A DNA stretch of 64,000 nucleotides from an archaeon. GTDB taxonomy: Archaea; Asgardarchaeota; Thorarchaeia; Thorarchaeales; Thorarchaeaceae. Location: the NCBI GenBank assembly GCA_024276825.1, contig JAJRWI010000009.1, positions 4,902 to 68,901 on the forward strand, read 5' to 3'. Under the pieces are notes generated by a model. It worked only from the letters and a program-made list of their open reading frames with translations, had not been told where the DNA came from and did not search any database. Made by a program: the position numbers and the translations under genes. Below are positions 45,660 through 56,588 of the stretch, one piece after another. Each line of letters begins with the position of its first letter. Within the stretch, counting starts at the first letter, position 1.

Positions 45660-47459
45660 ATGGGGCATATTAGACCGCTCAGTGACGACCTCGTCGCACT
45701 TATCTCTGCAGGAGAGGTGATTGAGAACCCAGCATCAATTGTCAAAGAGCTAATTGAAAATTCACTTGATGCAGGAGCAAGTCTGATTGAGATAGAGATA
45801 GAAGAGGGGGGAATCAAGAGCATTGCTGTTTCCGATAATGGCACGGGGATTCTCAAAGAAGATGTTCCAGTCTGCATTCAACGACATACGACAAGCAAGA
45901 TCGCATCGCATGAGGACATCCATCGTGTTAAGACCTATGGATTCAGAGGAGAGGCGCTTGCAAGCATTGCGTCTGTTGCAGAATTGACAATCAAGACGCG
46001 TCATGTTGATGAGGAGATTGGAACACAGTTAGTATCAAGACCAAATGAACCACCCATCATCACAGACATTTCGAAACCCTCAGGCACCCGAGTTGAAGTC
46101 AGAAACCTATTTCTGCAAGTGCCTGCTAGAAGGAAGCATCTGCAAGAACCCAAGTTTGAAGGAATAAGGATTCATGAAATCATTCTGCGTCATGCAATTA
46201 TTCGAACTGATGTGGGATTTCGTTTTGTGAAGGATGGTGCATTACTAATAGACTGCCCCCCAGATCAAGATGCTCGAGATCGAGTCCTTATACTCTGGGG
46301 AATGAGCCTTGCAAAGAATCTGATTCCAGTGATATATAAAGAGAAGGGTCTGATAATCAGGGGCTTTATAGTTAAACCGCCCTTCTCGAGGGGCAACCGA
46401 AGCAGAGAGTATTTCTCAGTGTTGAAAAGGCCAATTGAGGAAATTCGACTCAGCAAAGCTGTAGAGAGAGCCTACTCAACCCTTCTAATGAAAGGCAGGT
46501 TTCCCATTTGCTCTTTGGATATTGTTCTTGATGTCGAGAGAGTTGATCCCAATGTGCATCCTACAAAGAGAGAGGTTCGAATTCAAGACATAGATGGAAT
46601 TGTTCAAGCAGTATTCAGAGCTGTTCGAAAGGCACTGAGCCCCAAGACTGACAAATATGAAACGGAGCCAATTATGGAGGAAACTTCAGCAGACATAGTA
46701 GTTGATAGAGATAGGGTCAGGGTGTCAACCACATCAGAAGAGGAACAGACGTCACTCCTTGAACATATGACATTGTTCTCTGATAGTGATTTTGAGATTT
46801 CTAGCAAGACAGTCGACCTGCACGATCTTGGTGGCGAATTCAGAGTTATTGGTCAATTTCAGAACCTCTATCTATTGCTAGAGTTCAATGACGCTCTCGT
46901 GATTGTCGATCAACATGCAGCTCATGAACGCGTTTTGTATGAGAGGTTAAGAGCACTGGTTAATAGTGGTGAGGTCACAATTCAAGAGCTTATTGAACCA
47001 TATGTAATAAAACTGGGTCCACAGGATGTTGAAAGGATTCTTAATATATCTGGGAGTCTTAAGGCCCTTGGTTTTGAGATCACGAGCTTTGGGGGAAATG
47101 AGATCCTTGTTTCTGCAGTGCCTGAAATTCTTGGGCGTATTGCAACAGAGCAGGAGATCATATCATTCATGGACAGAGTTCTCGATATAGGCTCTGGACT
47201 TGCCCATCGGGAGTTCATGGATGAAGTGATAAAACTGACCGCATGCCATTCTGCCATTCGTGCTGGCCAACCAATGTCCAATGCAGAGATTGCAGATCTA
47301 TTAATTGACCTCTCAAAGGCAGAGAATAAAACTGCATGCTGTCATGGAAGGCCTTCAATCATTTTTGTCCCCAGAAAAACATTAGACAAACGTTTTGGCA
47401 GAACCGATCCTGAAGCTATTGCGAGATATAAAGCACGACACAGAACTGATCCTCAATGA
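45660..47459 (+). CDS. mutL: DNA mismatch repair protein MutL
   Basis: GHKL ATPase N-terminus LISAGEVIENPASIVKELIENSLDAGA and VSDNGTGI, plus a C-terminal dimerisation domain. The ATG overlaps the stop of the upstream gene. Confidence 0.9.
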   Translation: MGHIRPLSDDLVALISAGEVIENPASIVKELIENSLDAGASLIEIEIEEGGIKSIAVSDNGTGILKEDVPVCIQRHTTSKIASHEDIHRVKTYGFRGEALASIASVAELTIKTRHVDEEIGTQLVSRPNEPPIITDISKPSGTRVEVRNLFLQVPARRKHLQEPKFEGIRIHEIILRHAIIRTDVGFRFVKDGALLIDCPPDQDARDRVLILWGMSLAKNLIPVIYKEKGLIIRGFIVKPPFSRGNRSREYFSVLKRPIEEIRLSKAVERAYSTLLMKGRFPICSLDIVLDVERVDPNVHPTKREVRIQDIDGIVQAVFRAVRKALSPKTDKYETEPIMEETSADIVVDRDRVRVSTTSEEEQTSLLEHMTLFSDSDFEISSKTVDLHDLGGEFRVIGQFQNLYLLLEFNDALVIVDQHAAHERVLYERLRALVNSGEVTIQELIEPYVIKLGPQDVERILNISGSLKALGFEITSFGGNEILVSAVPEILGRIATEQEIISFMDRVLDIGSGLAHREFMDEVIKLTACHSAIRAGQPMSNAEIADLLIDLSKAENKTACCHGRPSIIFVPRKTLDKRFGRTDPEAIARYKARHRTDPQ

Positions 47460-47855
47460 GCTACAATCTATTGATTATGGACTCAGACCACTGAGGATCA
47501 GAAAGATATTGGATCCTTTGACTCTTTGCGTTTATTATCATTTAGTATTTTAATAATTCTTCAATATGTATAATCGGATAGAATAAGGTTAAACCTTCGA
47601 CACATAGAATAGATTATTAATGATTTAAATTGTCACGGCGTGAGAGGAACAAGAGTGATTGCAAATTCGACCATTGACAAGACAAGAGTCATAACCAGAA
47701 CAGCTATTGTCAAAACTTTCGAATGACATGCAATTGCAGTCATTGCGATGCTCATGAGTATTGTTCAAGTCAATGGTTGAAATGAGCAGTTATTCCATTG
47801 TCACAAAGAATTCAATTATTAGCCCACAACTGAAATCTCAAACAGATCGAGTGGA

Positions 47856-49136
47856 GTGAATAATGTGGAACATGTACTGATAGTAATTGGCACTGGTCTG
47901 GCCTTGGCGTTTATTGCATCCAAGATCTTCAAAAAATTCGGGATTCCACAAGTTGTCGGCTTTATGGTTGCAGGCATACTCCTTCGAGCTGTCGGTGTTA
48001 TGACATCAGAGGTAATTGAGCCATTAACAGTAATTGTGACTCTGGCACTTGGCCTTATTGGATATAATATTGGATTGGAGCTGAAGATCAAAGTCTTTAG
48101 GGGCAAGCTCAAAAAACTGTTCTTCATTGTGGTCTTTGAGGCAACCGCTGCATTCTGGCTTGTGACATTATTGACTTACGCATTCACTCAGCAACTGCAT
48201 CTATCACTTCTACTTGGCTCGGTAGCCAGTGCTACTGCACCTGCAGCCACAGCGGATGTGATCTGGGAGCATGAATGTAGGGGTCCACTCTCAGAGTCAC
48301 TGATGTTCATTCTTGCCATGGATGATGTTATTGCAGTCATATTGACCAACTCTGCAATTGCATACGCGCTCTTTGTTCTGGTTCCTGGAACAGAGGTGAT
48401 CACTCTTCTCATCAATCCCCTGATCATCATACTTGGATCACTCCTCTTTGGTGGTCTGTTTGGAATAGTATTTGTTAAGTTCATGAAATATGAAACCAAA
48501 AGGAGTGTCCTTGTTGAGCTAGAGCTGGCATTGATAGTGCTACTTGTTGGTGTGGTTGATTTTCTCAATATGAGCGACATCCTTGCTGCAGTGGTCTTTG
48601 GATTTGTTGTGGGTAATCGTGTGCCAGAAGAGAAACAGCAAGCTCCACATATGCTGGAGGTCATCATGTCACCAATAGTCATGCTGTTTTTTGTTCTAGT
48701 GGGAGCCAAGACTGACCTAGGAATATTCATCAGCAGTCTTGGAGGTGTAGTACTATTTCTAGTACTCATATATCTTGCTGGCAGAACACTTGGGAAAATA
48801 CTAGGCACTCGATTAAGTGCGGCGATTGTAAATTGTGAAACCCCGGTGAAGAAATATCTTGGAACAAGTCTTCTTAGTCAGGCAGGGGTGGCCCTTGGAC
48901 TTGGAATAATAATTGAAACAAAGTTTGTTGCTCTTGGTGGAGAGGCTGCGATTATTGGAATTATAATCCTTAATGTTGTTGCGATTTCAACCATTTTTCT
49001 TGAATTGATTGGGCCTATTGCTGCCAAATGGAGTCTTTGTAGGGCGGGAGAGATCACAACATCTGATGAGTGCGTTTCGCTCGAAGTTAAAAAGATGAAA
49101 GACGATATTTTGACCTACAAGGAAAAGGACTCTTGA
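47856..49136 (+). CDS. Monovalent cation:proton antiporter (CPA/Kef-NhaP-like) membrane transporter
   Basis: About 12 TM, Na_H-exchanger-like body, and a short cytoplasmic tail ITTSDECVSLEVKKMKDD. Confidence 0.65.
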   Translation: MNNVEHVLIVIGTGLALAFIASKIFKKFGIPQVVGFMVAGILLRAVGVMTSEVIEPLTVIVTLALGLIGYNIGLELKIKVFRGKLKKLFFIVVFEATAAFWLVTLLTYAFTQQLHLSLLLGSVASATAPAATADVIWEHECRGPLSESLMFILAMDDVIAVILTNSAIAYALFVLVPGTEVITLLINPLIIILGSLLFGGLFGIVFVKFMKYETKRSVLVELELALIVLLVGVVDFLNMSDILAAVVFGFVVGNRVPEEKQQAPHMLEVIMSPIVMLFFVLVGAKTDLGIFISSLGGVVLFLVLIYLAGRTLGKILGTRLSAAIVNCETPVKKYLGTSLLSQAGVALGLGIIIETKFVALGGEAAIIGIIILNVVAISTIFLELIGPIAAKWSLCRAGEITTSDECVSLEVKKMKDDILTYKEKDS

Positions 49137-49365
49137 ATTGTGATATCCGATTCTGTCCGATGTCTGGTTTGAAATATACCATGGAGCAGGTTGACCATCT
49201 TAAGAATAAGAAAATGGTCATGTGTGAATACTGTGAAACTTCAATCGGGTGATCGACATTTGAATACTGTCAAGGCAAAGCCACAATTCTCGTAATGCGA
49301 AGACTTTTACTATTATTTTGCTATAATTACATAGGCAAAATGAGAGAGTTAAGGATAGGAGTCCG

Positions 49366-49761
49366 TTGAGCACAACTTGGTTCATTGCAAAAGAATATCT
49401 AAAAAGGCTGAATATCGAGTTTGAAGAGAAGGGTAGAAAGACCTTTAGCCTGTTCCCATATGGACCAACAGAAACAGAAGAGATTGAGGTGTTTCCGGGT
49501 AAGAACTGGATCACTCTGACTACCCGACTTCTCAGTCTTTCGGATGTATCTGCATCAAAACGACGGCAGATTCATAGTGCTCTGCTGAAGGCAAACGCCA
49601 AACTTGTTGAAGTGAGCTTTGGAATCGACAAGAAGAATTGCATTATTTTAAGAAACGCCATTCCAGTCACAGGCATCTCGTATGATGTCTTCAGCTGCGT
49701 ATATGAAGCACATCTGATGGGAATCAGGTTCTTCTACAAGGAGCTAATGCCATCTTTCTAA
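49366..49761 (+). CDS. Hypothetical small cytoplasmic protein
   Basis: 131-aa ORF with no motif I can name confidently. Confidence 0.35.
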   Translation: MSTTWFIAKEYLKRLNIEFEEKGRKTFSLFPYGPTETEEIEVFPGKNWITLTTRLLSLSDVSASKRRQIHSALLKANAKLVEVSFGIDKKNCIILRNAIPVTGISYDVFSCVYEAHLMGIRFFYKELMPSF

Positions 49762-49843
49762 CAATATGGCCTTTGATTAACAAATAATAGCAGATTCGCC
49801 AATAATATATTGATTTCAATTGGACTATTCATAGTCAGATAAT

Positions 49844-50386
49844 TCAATCATGTTTTCCAACTGCAAAAGATTCTGGAAGACGCCTTCTGAGTTCGTCAAA
49901 AAGCAACTTGAATTTTTCTAGGCGGCCAAGACCTTCCAGTTGATCCTTCATTTCCTTGCGAAGCCTTCTCAGAAGTAGACCGGCATACATAGAGTCAAAG
50001 AGGATAAATCCTCGTTTAAGAGCCTGATGATCATCATCACTTATGTAAGCAAGGCCACTAGATACAAGCTCAACCCCGCGGGCCTCAGGTGCCTTGTCAA
50101 TGTCTTTACTTACATCTGCCCCATGAATAATCTCAGCCATATCCTTAAGGACTGGATCATCGAGGTTATAGTGATCAATCAGCACTTCAAAAGTGCATTT
50201 CCCATCGTGATGCGTGAAGGGAATGTCCATGTTTGGAAAGTCAAAGGGCGTTCCATCTTCAGGAGTCAGCTCTGTGCCTGGCCATTGAACAAACTTGAAT
50301 TTGGCATCAAGATCGATGAAACGTTTGATCAGCCAAGGCGATACCACTCTATCAACATGTACATGATTTCTTGTGACCCACAACAT
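49844..50386 (-). CDS. ChrB C-terminal domain-like protein (chromate-resistance-associated family)
   Basis: N-terminal MLWVTRNHVHVDRVVSPWLIKRFIDLDAKFKFV resembles the conserved WVTR...H.DR...WLIRRFID signature. This is from memory and needs an HMM check. Confidence 0.4.
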   Translation of the reverse strand: MLWVTRNHVHVDRVVSPWLIKRFIDLDAKFKFVQWPGTELTPEDGTPFDFPNMDIPFTHHDGKCTFEVLIDHYNLDDPVLKDMAEIIHGADVSKDIDKAPEARGVELVSSGLAYISDDDHQALKRGFILFDSMYAGLLLRRLRKEMKDQLEGLGRLEKFKLLFDELRRRLPESFAVGKHD

Positions 50387-50516
50387 GATATTTCACATGT
50401 CGGGCACTCCTAAAACCGGGATTTAAACTATTTGAATTTCAGTGAAGAAATCAAATAGAAGATAGTTGATAGAAAAAAGAGTATGGAAAGAGGGGATACC
50501 CCCTCTTTGTATTAAA

Positions 50517-53500
50517 CTAACGCCTACGTCTCATAACAACTATTGCTAGGATAAGGACCACTATACCAACGCCTGCTAACATTATCATTGTGTCAGATGT
50601 ACCAGGCACAGGTTCCGAACCTGGGCCAGGCGTGGTAGTAGTGACTGCACCTTGTCCAACAATGTATGAGAGCACATAGGACTCATAGGTTCCTGAGTCA
50701 GTGTAGACGACAACCTTGTAGTATACCTGAGTGCCATCAGGATATGGTGGAATCTCACCAACCCAGTGAACTCCATCGTAGGAACTCATTTGGGTGCTGC
50801 TCCAAGAGAACTGATCAGTCGAGTATTGAAGCTCAACACTCATGATGTCCTCCTGTGATAAGATGTCCACACCAACCTGCACTGTGTCGCTGGAGGTTGG
50901 CACTTCAGGATAGATGCTGAATCCGGAGAACTGGACTCCGCCAGGAGCAGTCGAGGTTCCAGTGTTGGACACATATGCCACGAACACTGGATCCTGGTAT
51001 ACTGAGTAGCCATCCCAATTCAGGAATCCGATGGACACATAGAACTGGGTTGATGTGAAACTCCATGCAGTTGCTGACTGGCCATTATCAGACTGGTATG
51101 CAGATCTGAATGTCCCTGCGGGAGTGGTGTAGCTAACGACATCGTATGGAGCACTCAAGTTCTTGCCCCAGTCATAAGTCACCCCACCCATTATCATCTC
51201 AGCAAACTTGGCATTCTGAGTTTCAAGTTCAAAGACATCTGCACCAACCACCATGTCCTGATCGGTCAGTGTGCCATTTGCCTTGAAGGCAAAGTCCTCC
51301 ATGTTAACATCGGCGAAGTAGTTCAATGCCAATGACTTGTTCTCAAGGTTGTCGCGTCCACCAAGCATGTCGACATCCCAGTTGCCAATGTAGTTGTCAA
51401 CTTTGATAGTTGCATAATTGTTCAGGGAGTCGGTTTCATTGATGTATCCTTGGAAGTGTACAAGGAATGAGATCTCATCAATGTTGACTTTGGTTGGACG
51501 CTCGTCGAATGTTCGCATGTCGGAACCAGACACAACGCTGTCATACCAACCCCAATAGCCAAAGTCAAGGAATGGGAAGGTTGTACCATTGATATCAGTG
51601 AATGACACACCCCAGACTACTTCATCGGTCAGGTTGACTCTCATCTCACCAGACGCATCCGTTATGCCGAATGCTGCACCTGGCGTGACAAACGTCACAT
51701 TTCCTACATAGTCGGGGATGAAGAAGTGCGTAAGCTCACTGTCACTTGGGTTATTGAGGTCAACGTCCATCAGGCTATCATTGTTCTGGTCCTCCCAGAG
51801 CATGAGTCCTGAGAACTCGTAGTGCAGGTTGATTCCGAGCCAGTGGTCAACATCGCCATCCTGATAGCTTGTTCCATAGTTCTGATCGATGCCAAAGCTC
51901 ATCCAAGTCCATGTCTGTTCATTGGATGTTATCCAGTCCCAGCCATTCTCTTGAGCCATCTGGAGGAGGTCCGCCCATGTGACGTTCTCCGCCATCCATG
52001 CGATGTCCCAATAACCTGGCATTGGATCGCCTTCAGGGGACAGCAGTGTGTCATGAACTGTTTGCATCTCAGTTGAGTTTAGCAGAGTGAAATCGTCCGC
52101 ATGGAACCAGTAGAATGTCTGATTCCACTCGTAGGTCCATGTGAATGTGTTAAGACCCAGCCAAGAGTGGACATTGATCTCATCGCCATACAGGGTGACA
52201 TTTGGATCCCATTTGAGTCCGACATCCATCCAGCTCCACTCATGAGTCCAGCTGTCAGTGGATGAGTACTCTTCGAGGACGAAGTATTGGTCATCTGTTG
52301 TGTCTAGGTTGCCATCAAGATCGAGGGCACCATTGTCCTCATTGACAGTCCATGCTGTTACACCCCACATTCCCCACTTTGGTTCACCAATGATAAAGTC
52401 ATGGTGGTTCTTGTATGTTGGCCATTCTATTGGGGCAGGACCATAGATAACATCGTATCCATAGACAAATCTCTGGCGGTTGACCATCTCCTTGAATGGA
52501 TAGGCCTGCACCGTGGAGCCCTTGTAGTTAAACTCAAGTATCTCAGGAGGAATGACCTCGAAGTACATGTACAGGTCGCCACCATAAGTGGCATTTAGGA
52601 CCTTGTAGGTGTAAATGTAGTTCCATCCATAATAGGAATATGACTCATTCATGAAGCTATAGAAGTATTCTCCCGTAAATGAGTCATAGAATGCCTCAGC
52701 GAGGTATTTGTCAACAATAATGAACTCAGAGTAGTCATAGAACTTCAGTACAGTACCGTTAAGGGTTGTGAACTCGTACCAGCTTTCGTTTCCAACACTC
52801 TGCCAATTGGGATATGTTTCTGTTGAATAGAACACACCCTGTGTTGAGTTGAACTTGTAGATGTTGAACAGGTATGTTTCATTCAACAACCAAGTGGTCC
52901 CATTCATTAGGTTAATGTAGTATTTGTCGAGGTTTCCATCATATGCTGGGTAGGCACCATTTGGAGACATGTACGACAGGTTCCAGAGCATATGGAAACC
53001 AAGATTGATGTCGTACTCGCCGAAGCTGCCAAAATTGCCGACAGTGGCGGGTTCCCAAATATCCGTGCCGTTAGCTCTTGTATATCTTAGGAACCATTGA
53101 TCAAGGCGATATGAAGTGCCATTGATATCAACCCAGTAGTTGCCCAATGTATCGTTGTAGACAGGATACTCGACATTATTGTACATCACAGAAAATGTGG
53201 TTGGAACCTTGCCACCATCAGTTTCTTTGTGGTCTAAGTCCCATTGCCAGTCGGCATTAGCACCTGGATATGGCATTTCATGCTTGACCCCATTGGAGTC
53301 TTCATAGTACCAGAACTTGTGAATCCAAGCATTAACAAAGTATGAGGAAGTGCCGTTATAGTCAATGTAGTAGTAGTATAGTGGGTAGCTGACATATTCC
53401 CAGGTACCGTTGATATATGCCATGTATGAGCCCTGTCCATCATCCCAGATCAATGTGTAGTAATTGCCATTGTTGTCAATCATTATGTAGGTGTCGTTCA

Positions 53501-56345
53501 TGCTTGACCAGAACCATTCAGAGATAAGAAGCACATTATCAAGTCCAACCCTGACGAGTTGGAATGTTGGTTCGTAATTGAATGGAACTGTGTCATAAAG
53601 GTCGTAGGATATTGCTGGACTGGTACTGGTGTGTGCCACACCATCAATGTCGATCCAAATGTTATAGCCCTGTCCCATGTAATACATATAGTCGGGATAA
53701 TCCTGAGTTGTTAGGAATGACTCTCCCTCAACGGTTGATACATTGTAAATCCATAGCGAGTCAGTTGATGTGACATAGATGTTTGTGCCGTTGGTCAGCT
53801 CGTATCTATAGACATCCTTGCCATTTTCGTAGTCATAGTGGTCATAGAGGAACATTGCATCCCAAGTAGTTCCACTCCATGGGTCATAGTTCTCATAGAC
53901 TTTGACGGGCAACTTCTCATCATTGATCACAATGTATGGAGTCTCCTTGCCCATCAGATAGTCAGGACTCAGAGTTGAATTTGTAAATGCCAATTGATTC
54001 CATTCGACTGGATCGACATATACTCGCTCACCATTGTACTTGAAGCTCCAGACAAGTTCATCGTCCCAAGAGTATACCTGATGGAGACCATATTCACTTG
54101 AGTAATCAGTGTACCATGTATTGTTGAGCAGTCTCACATCCCACCAGTAGTTGGAGTCTGGGACATTCTGGGACATATTGACCAGAAACTCGTAGTATAG
54201 GTCTCCCCCATCAAACCATTTTGTGAAATTCGAAACAACTGCAAATGTTGTTGAAACTACTGTTTCTGGACCGCGCATATCAATCCATTCGGTCTGCCAT
54301 TCACCGGTCTTCTGGTTGTAGTACCACCATTGCCAGTGCCAGCCTTCTACTTCGGCCCAGTCCCAGTCAGTGTAATTGCCATAGGTCCACTCCCAGACAC
54401 CTGACATGGGGTTGAGCTCATAGTGCCATCCAGTCTTATTGACTTGCACCCAGTCCCAATAGGTCCCATAGGTGTAATTCATCTTCTCAGTGTAATTGTA
54501 AGCAGTCATGGTTGGAATGCCATTGTTGTCAAATCTGATTATGTATGCAAGGTTTGACCACCTGCTCTCAGTTTCGGTCCAGTAACCATCATAAGTATCT
54601 AGCTCAAGCTGGATGCCGTCAATGTCATCTGCATATTCACTTCCACCCTGAAGTCTAGTACGGACCATGAAATTCTCGCCCTTGTTAACTTGAAACATCC
54701 ATGAGGAGGGTTCAGTACCGTCTCCTTCCAAGATTTTTGCAATAACGACAGGGCTCTCAATTGTGACCTGATGGGCAAGTTCAAACTCAGATGGTGATTG
54801 TCTTGCTGCATCACCCCAAGTAGCGGCGTCGAACCACTGGTCTTCAGTGCCTCTCACACGAGAGTCAAACCTGAAGGTATTGAAATCAGTGCTCTTTGGC
54901 ATCTGATCCGTGAAGTGTCCAACAAAGTCGACCACAAGTTCTCCGTTAATTGTTGTGGCAGAACATAGAGTATCATTTAGCTCAAAGAGGACAATTCCTG
55001 AAGCATTCAGAGGCTCAAAGACGAAGATCTCTTTATTCCATGTATCTGGGATGTATTGGTCATATGGATAGCCATAGTAATCATAGCCGTAGTACGACTC
55101 AAAACTGTCAGTGGTTGCATTGTATATGTAGTAGAATTTCTTGTCAACCCAAGTGGTTGTATTGACAACTTCATAGACCCAAGTCTGAGACTGGTCATCC
55201 CAATACTCATTCAGGTAGGTGATGTTGACTTCTTGCCATGTTGAGAGATCAATCCATTCTCGGTCTTCGAACTCGCCAAATACATCCTTGACCGTCGTAA
55301 TGACAGCCGATGCATTCCACACATAAGTATCAAGTACTGGGTCGTACTCCCAACCTCCAGTTTCAGTGATTACTTCTTGATGCCAACCCGTTCGGTTCAC
55401 AGGAACAAACATTCCACCAGGTAGCTGAAATGAGAGCATCGCATAGGCAACATTCTCGCCAGTAATATTGAACCTCATCATGAAGTCCTTGTTTCTACTG
55501 ACAGAGTAGATGGTGTCACCGGTTAGGTCTAATTTTTGCACGGTGTAGCTTCCACCCCATGACCATTTCCAAGCCAGGTCTGGTGACATTCCAATTGCAA
55601 CACCCTTGAACTCCCAGCCTGATCCAAAATTGTAAGAACCAATCCAATTGTAATCTGTATCAAGTACATTCAGGTTAATCTCATACAGACCCTTTGGCAC
55701 ATAATTGTTAAAGATCACAACGACATCAGCATAATATGCCATGGAGTCGGTGTAGTTCTGGCAGTCTTCTCCCACAATATCGAGGAATGGAGGTTCAGGG
55801 TCTACACTCCCGGTCTCAGAATTGTTATATGTATAAGACCATGCATAGAATGGTTGCCATTCGTCTATTGGACTAAATCCGATTGTGAACCCTGCACTGA
55901 AATTCCAGTCGGGAGTAAGGTACCAAGCATTCAGTTCAACTCTTCCAAATTCTGAACCTTGAGTAAATACACCCATTGGTACTTCAAAATGAAAAGTGAC
56001 TTTCTCACCAATCACAATATACGAGTCTTTGGTGATTAGTGAGCCGTTCTCGTGATAAATCTCAACTGTTGGACTGGGCCCAAATAGCCAGTTACGACTG
56101 TCCCAGGTCCATTGGTCGCTAGTGCTGTTTGTTTCCTGCCGCCACCACACAAATGTACCGTTGTCTTCATTTTGAGAGATCTGTGGAATCATTTGTGGTG
56201 TGAGGATATATTCTGAAGGCGTGCTATTAAGTACGCTTTCTGAGGCTGGCAGTGATGCCATTCCTCCTGAATATATCATAGAAAACAGGAATATTGCAAC
56301 AGCGACTATAGAGATAAGTTTCTTATTACCCTTAGTCAGTTGCAT
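50517..56345 (-). CDS. Giant (1942 aa) cell-surface protein; signal peptide, W/Y/N/T-rich ectodomain, Thr/Pro stalk, C-terminal TM anchor, RRRR tail
   Basis: N-terminal KKLISIVAVAIFLFSMIYSGGMASLPA. C-terminal TTTPGPGSEPVPGTSDTMIMLAGVGIVVLILAIVVMRRRR. Very many N-x-S/T sequons. Long collinear similarity to the neighbouring 2437-aa protein. Confidence 0.7.
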   Translation of the reverse strand: MQLTKGNKKLISIVAVAIFLFSMIYSGGMASLPASESVLNSTPSEYILTPQMIPQISQNEDNGTFVWWRQETNSTSDQWTWDSRNWLFGPSPTVEIYHENGSLITKDSYIVIGEKVTFHFEVPMGVFTQGSEFGRVELNAWYLTPDWNFSAGFTIGFSPIDEWQPFYAWSYTYNNSETGSVDPEPPFLDIVGEDCQNYTDSMAYYADVVVIFNNYVPKGLYEINLNVLDTDYNWIGSYNFGSGWEFKGVAIGMSPDLAWKWSWGGSYTVQKLDLTGDTIYSVSRNKDFMMRFNITGENVAYAMLSFQLPGGMFVPVNRTGWHQEVITETGGWEYDPVLDTYVWNASAVITTVKDVFGEFEDREWIDLSTWQEVNITYLNEYWDDQSQTWVYEVVNTTTWVDKKFYYIYNATTDSFESYYGYDYYGYPYDQYIPDTWNKEIFVFEPLNASGIVLFELNDTLCSATTINGELVVDFVGHFTDQMPKSTDFNTFRFDSRVRGTEDQWFDAATWGDAARQSPSEFELAHQVTIESPVVIAKILEGDGTEPSSWMFQVNKGENFMVRTRLQGGSEYADDIDGIQLELDTYDGYWTETESRWSNLAYIIRFDNNGIPTMTAYNYTEKMNYTYGTYWDWVQVNKTGWHYELNPMSGVWEWTYGNYTDWDWAEVEGWHWQWWYYNQKTGEWQTEWIDMRGPETVVSTTFAVVSNFTKWFDGGDLYYEFLVNMSQNVPDSNYWWDVRLLNNTWYTDYSSEYGLHQVYSWDDELVWSFKYNGERVYVDPVEWNQLAFTNSTLSPDYLMGKETPYIVINDEKLPVKVYENYDPWSGTTWDAMFLYDHYDYENGKDVYRYELTNGTNIYVTSTDSLWIYNVSTVEGESFLTTQDYPDYMYYMGQGYNIWIDIDGVAHTSTSPAISYDLYDTVPFNYEPTFQLVRVGLDNVLLISEWFWSSMNDTYIMIDNNGNYYTLIWDDGQGSYMAYINGTWEYVSYPLYYYYIDYNGTSSYFVNAWIHKFWYYEDSNGVKHEMPYPGANADWQWDLDHKETDGGKVPTTFSVMYNNVEYPVYNDTLGNYWVDINGTSYRLDQWFLRYTRANGTDIWEPATVGNFGSFGEYDINLGFHMLWNLSYMSPNGAYPAYDGNLDKYYINLMNGTTWLLNETYLFNIYKFNSTQGVFYSTETYPNWQSVGNESWYEFTTLNGTVLKFYDYSEFIIVDKYLAEAFYDSFTGEYFYSFMNESYSYYGWNYIYTYKVLNATYGGDLYMYFEVIPPEILEFNYKGSTVQAYPFKEMVNRQRFVYGYDVIYGPAPIEWPTYKNHHDFIIGEPKWGMWGVTAWTVNEDNGALDLDGNLDTTDDQYFVLEEYSSTDSWTHEWSWMDVGLKWDPNVTLYGDEINVHSWLGLNTFTWTYEWNQTFYWFHADDFTLLNSTEMQTVHDTLLSPEGDPMPGYWDIAWMAENVTWADLLQMAQENGWDWITSNEQTWTWMSFGIDQNYGTSYQDGDVDHWLGINLHYEFSGLMLWEDQNNDSLMDVDLNNPSDSELTHFFIPDYVGNVTFVTPGAAFGITDASGEMRVNLTDEVVWGVSFTDINGTTFPFLDFGYWGWYDSVVSGSDMRTFDERPTKVNIDEISFLVHFQGYINETDSLNNYATIKVDNYIGNWDVDMLGGRDNLENKSLALNYFADVNMEDFAFKANGTLTDQDMVVGADVFELETQNAKFAEMIMGGVTYDWGKNLSAPYDVVSYTTPAGTFRSAYQSDNGQSATAWSFTSTQFYVSIGFLNWDGYSVYQDPVFVAYVSNTGTSTAPGGVQFSGFSIYPEVPTSSDTVQVGVDILSQEDIMSVELQYSTDQFSWSSTQMSSYDGVHWVGEIPPYPDGTQVYYKVVVYTDSGTYESYVLSYIVGQGAVTTTTPGPGSEPVPGTSDTMIMLAGVGIVVLILAIVVMRRRR

Positions 56346-56519
56346 TTTTGAATCATCTCCTGCGCTTGATTTACATTAGTCCCAGCAGTTAGATATACGG
56401 TATGCTGCCTTAGTAAAATTGTAAATCGATTAGGCGCGCTTGACTACAATTCTATTACTATTTTACCTCACATTGTTTATAAAAAAATCCATGACATATT
56501 TAGTCATGCTTTTTTTGAA

Positions 56520-56581
56520 TAAGTAGTAATAAAAATCGAGGGGGATAAAAAAGAAGGAAAAGGGGGCGGGGTATAACCCGC
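56520..56581 (-). terminator. GC hairpin plus T-rich tract (minus strand) between the two giant surface-protein genes
   Basis: GCGGG-gtataa-CCCGC (56566-56581) next to A-rich plus-strand sequence (T-rich on the minus strand), downstream of the 2437-aa gene's stop. A GGAG site lies approx. 10-14 nt before the downstream ATG. Confidence 0.35.
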
Positions 56582-56588
56582 ACACACC

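Noticed and set aside
49137-49365. Tiny Cys-containing ORF (MEQVDHLKNKKMVMCEYCETSIG) in the intergenic region
   Set aside because: Only one CxxC and no ribosome-binding site, so it is too weak to call a gene.
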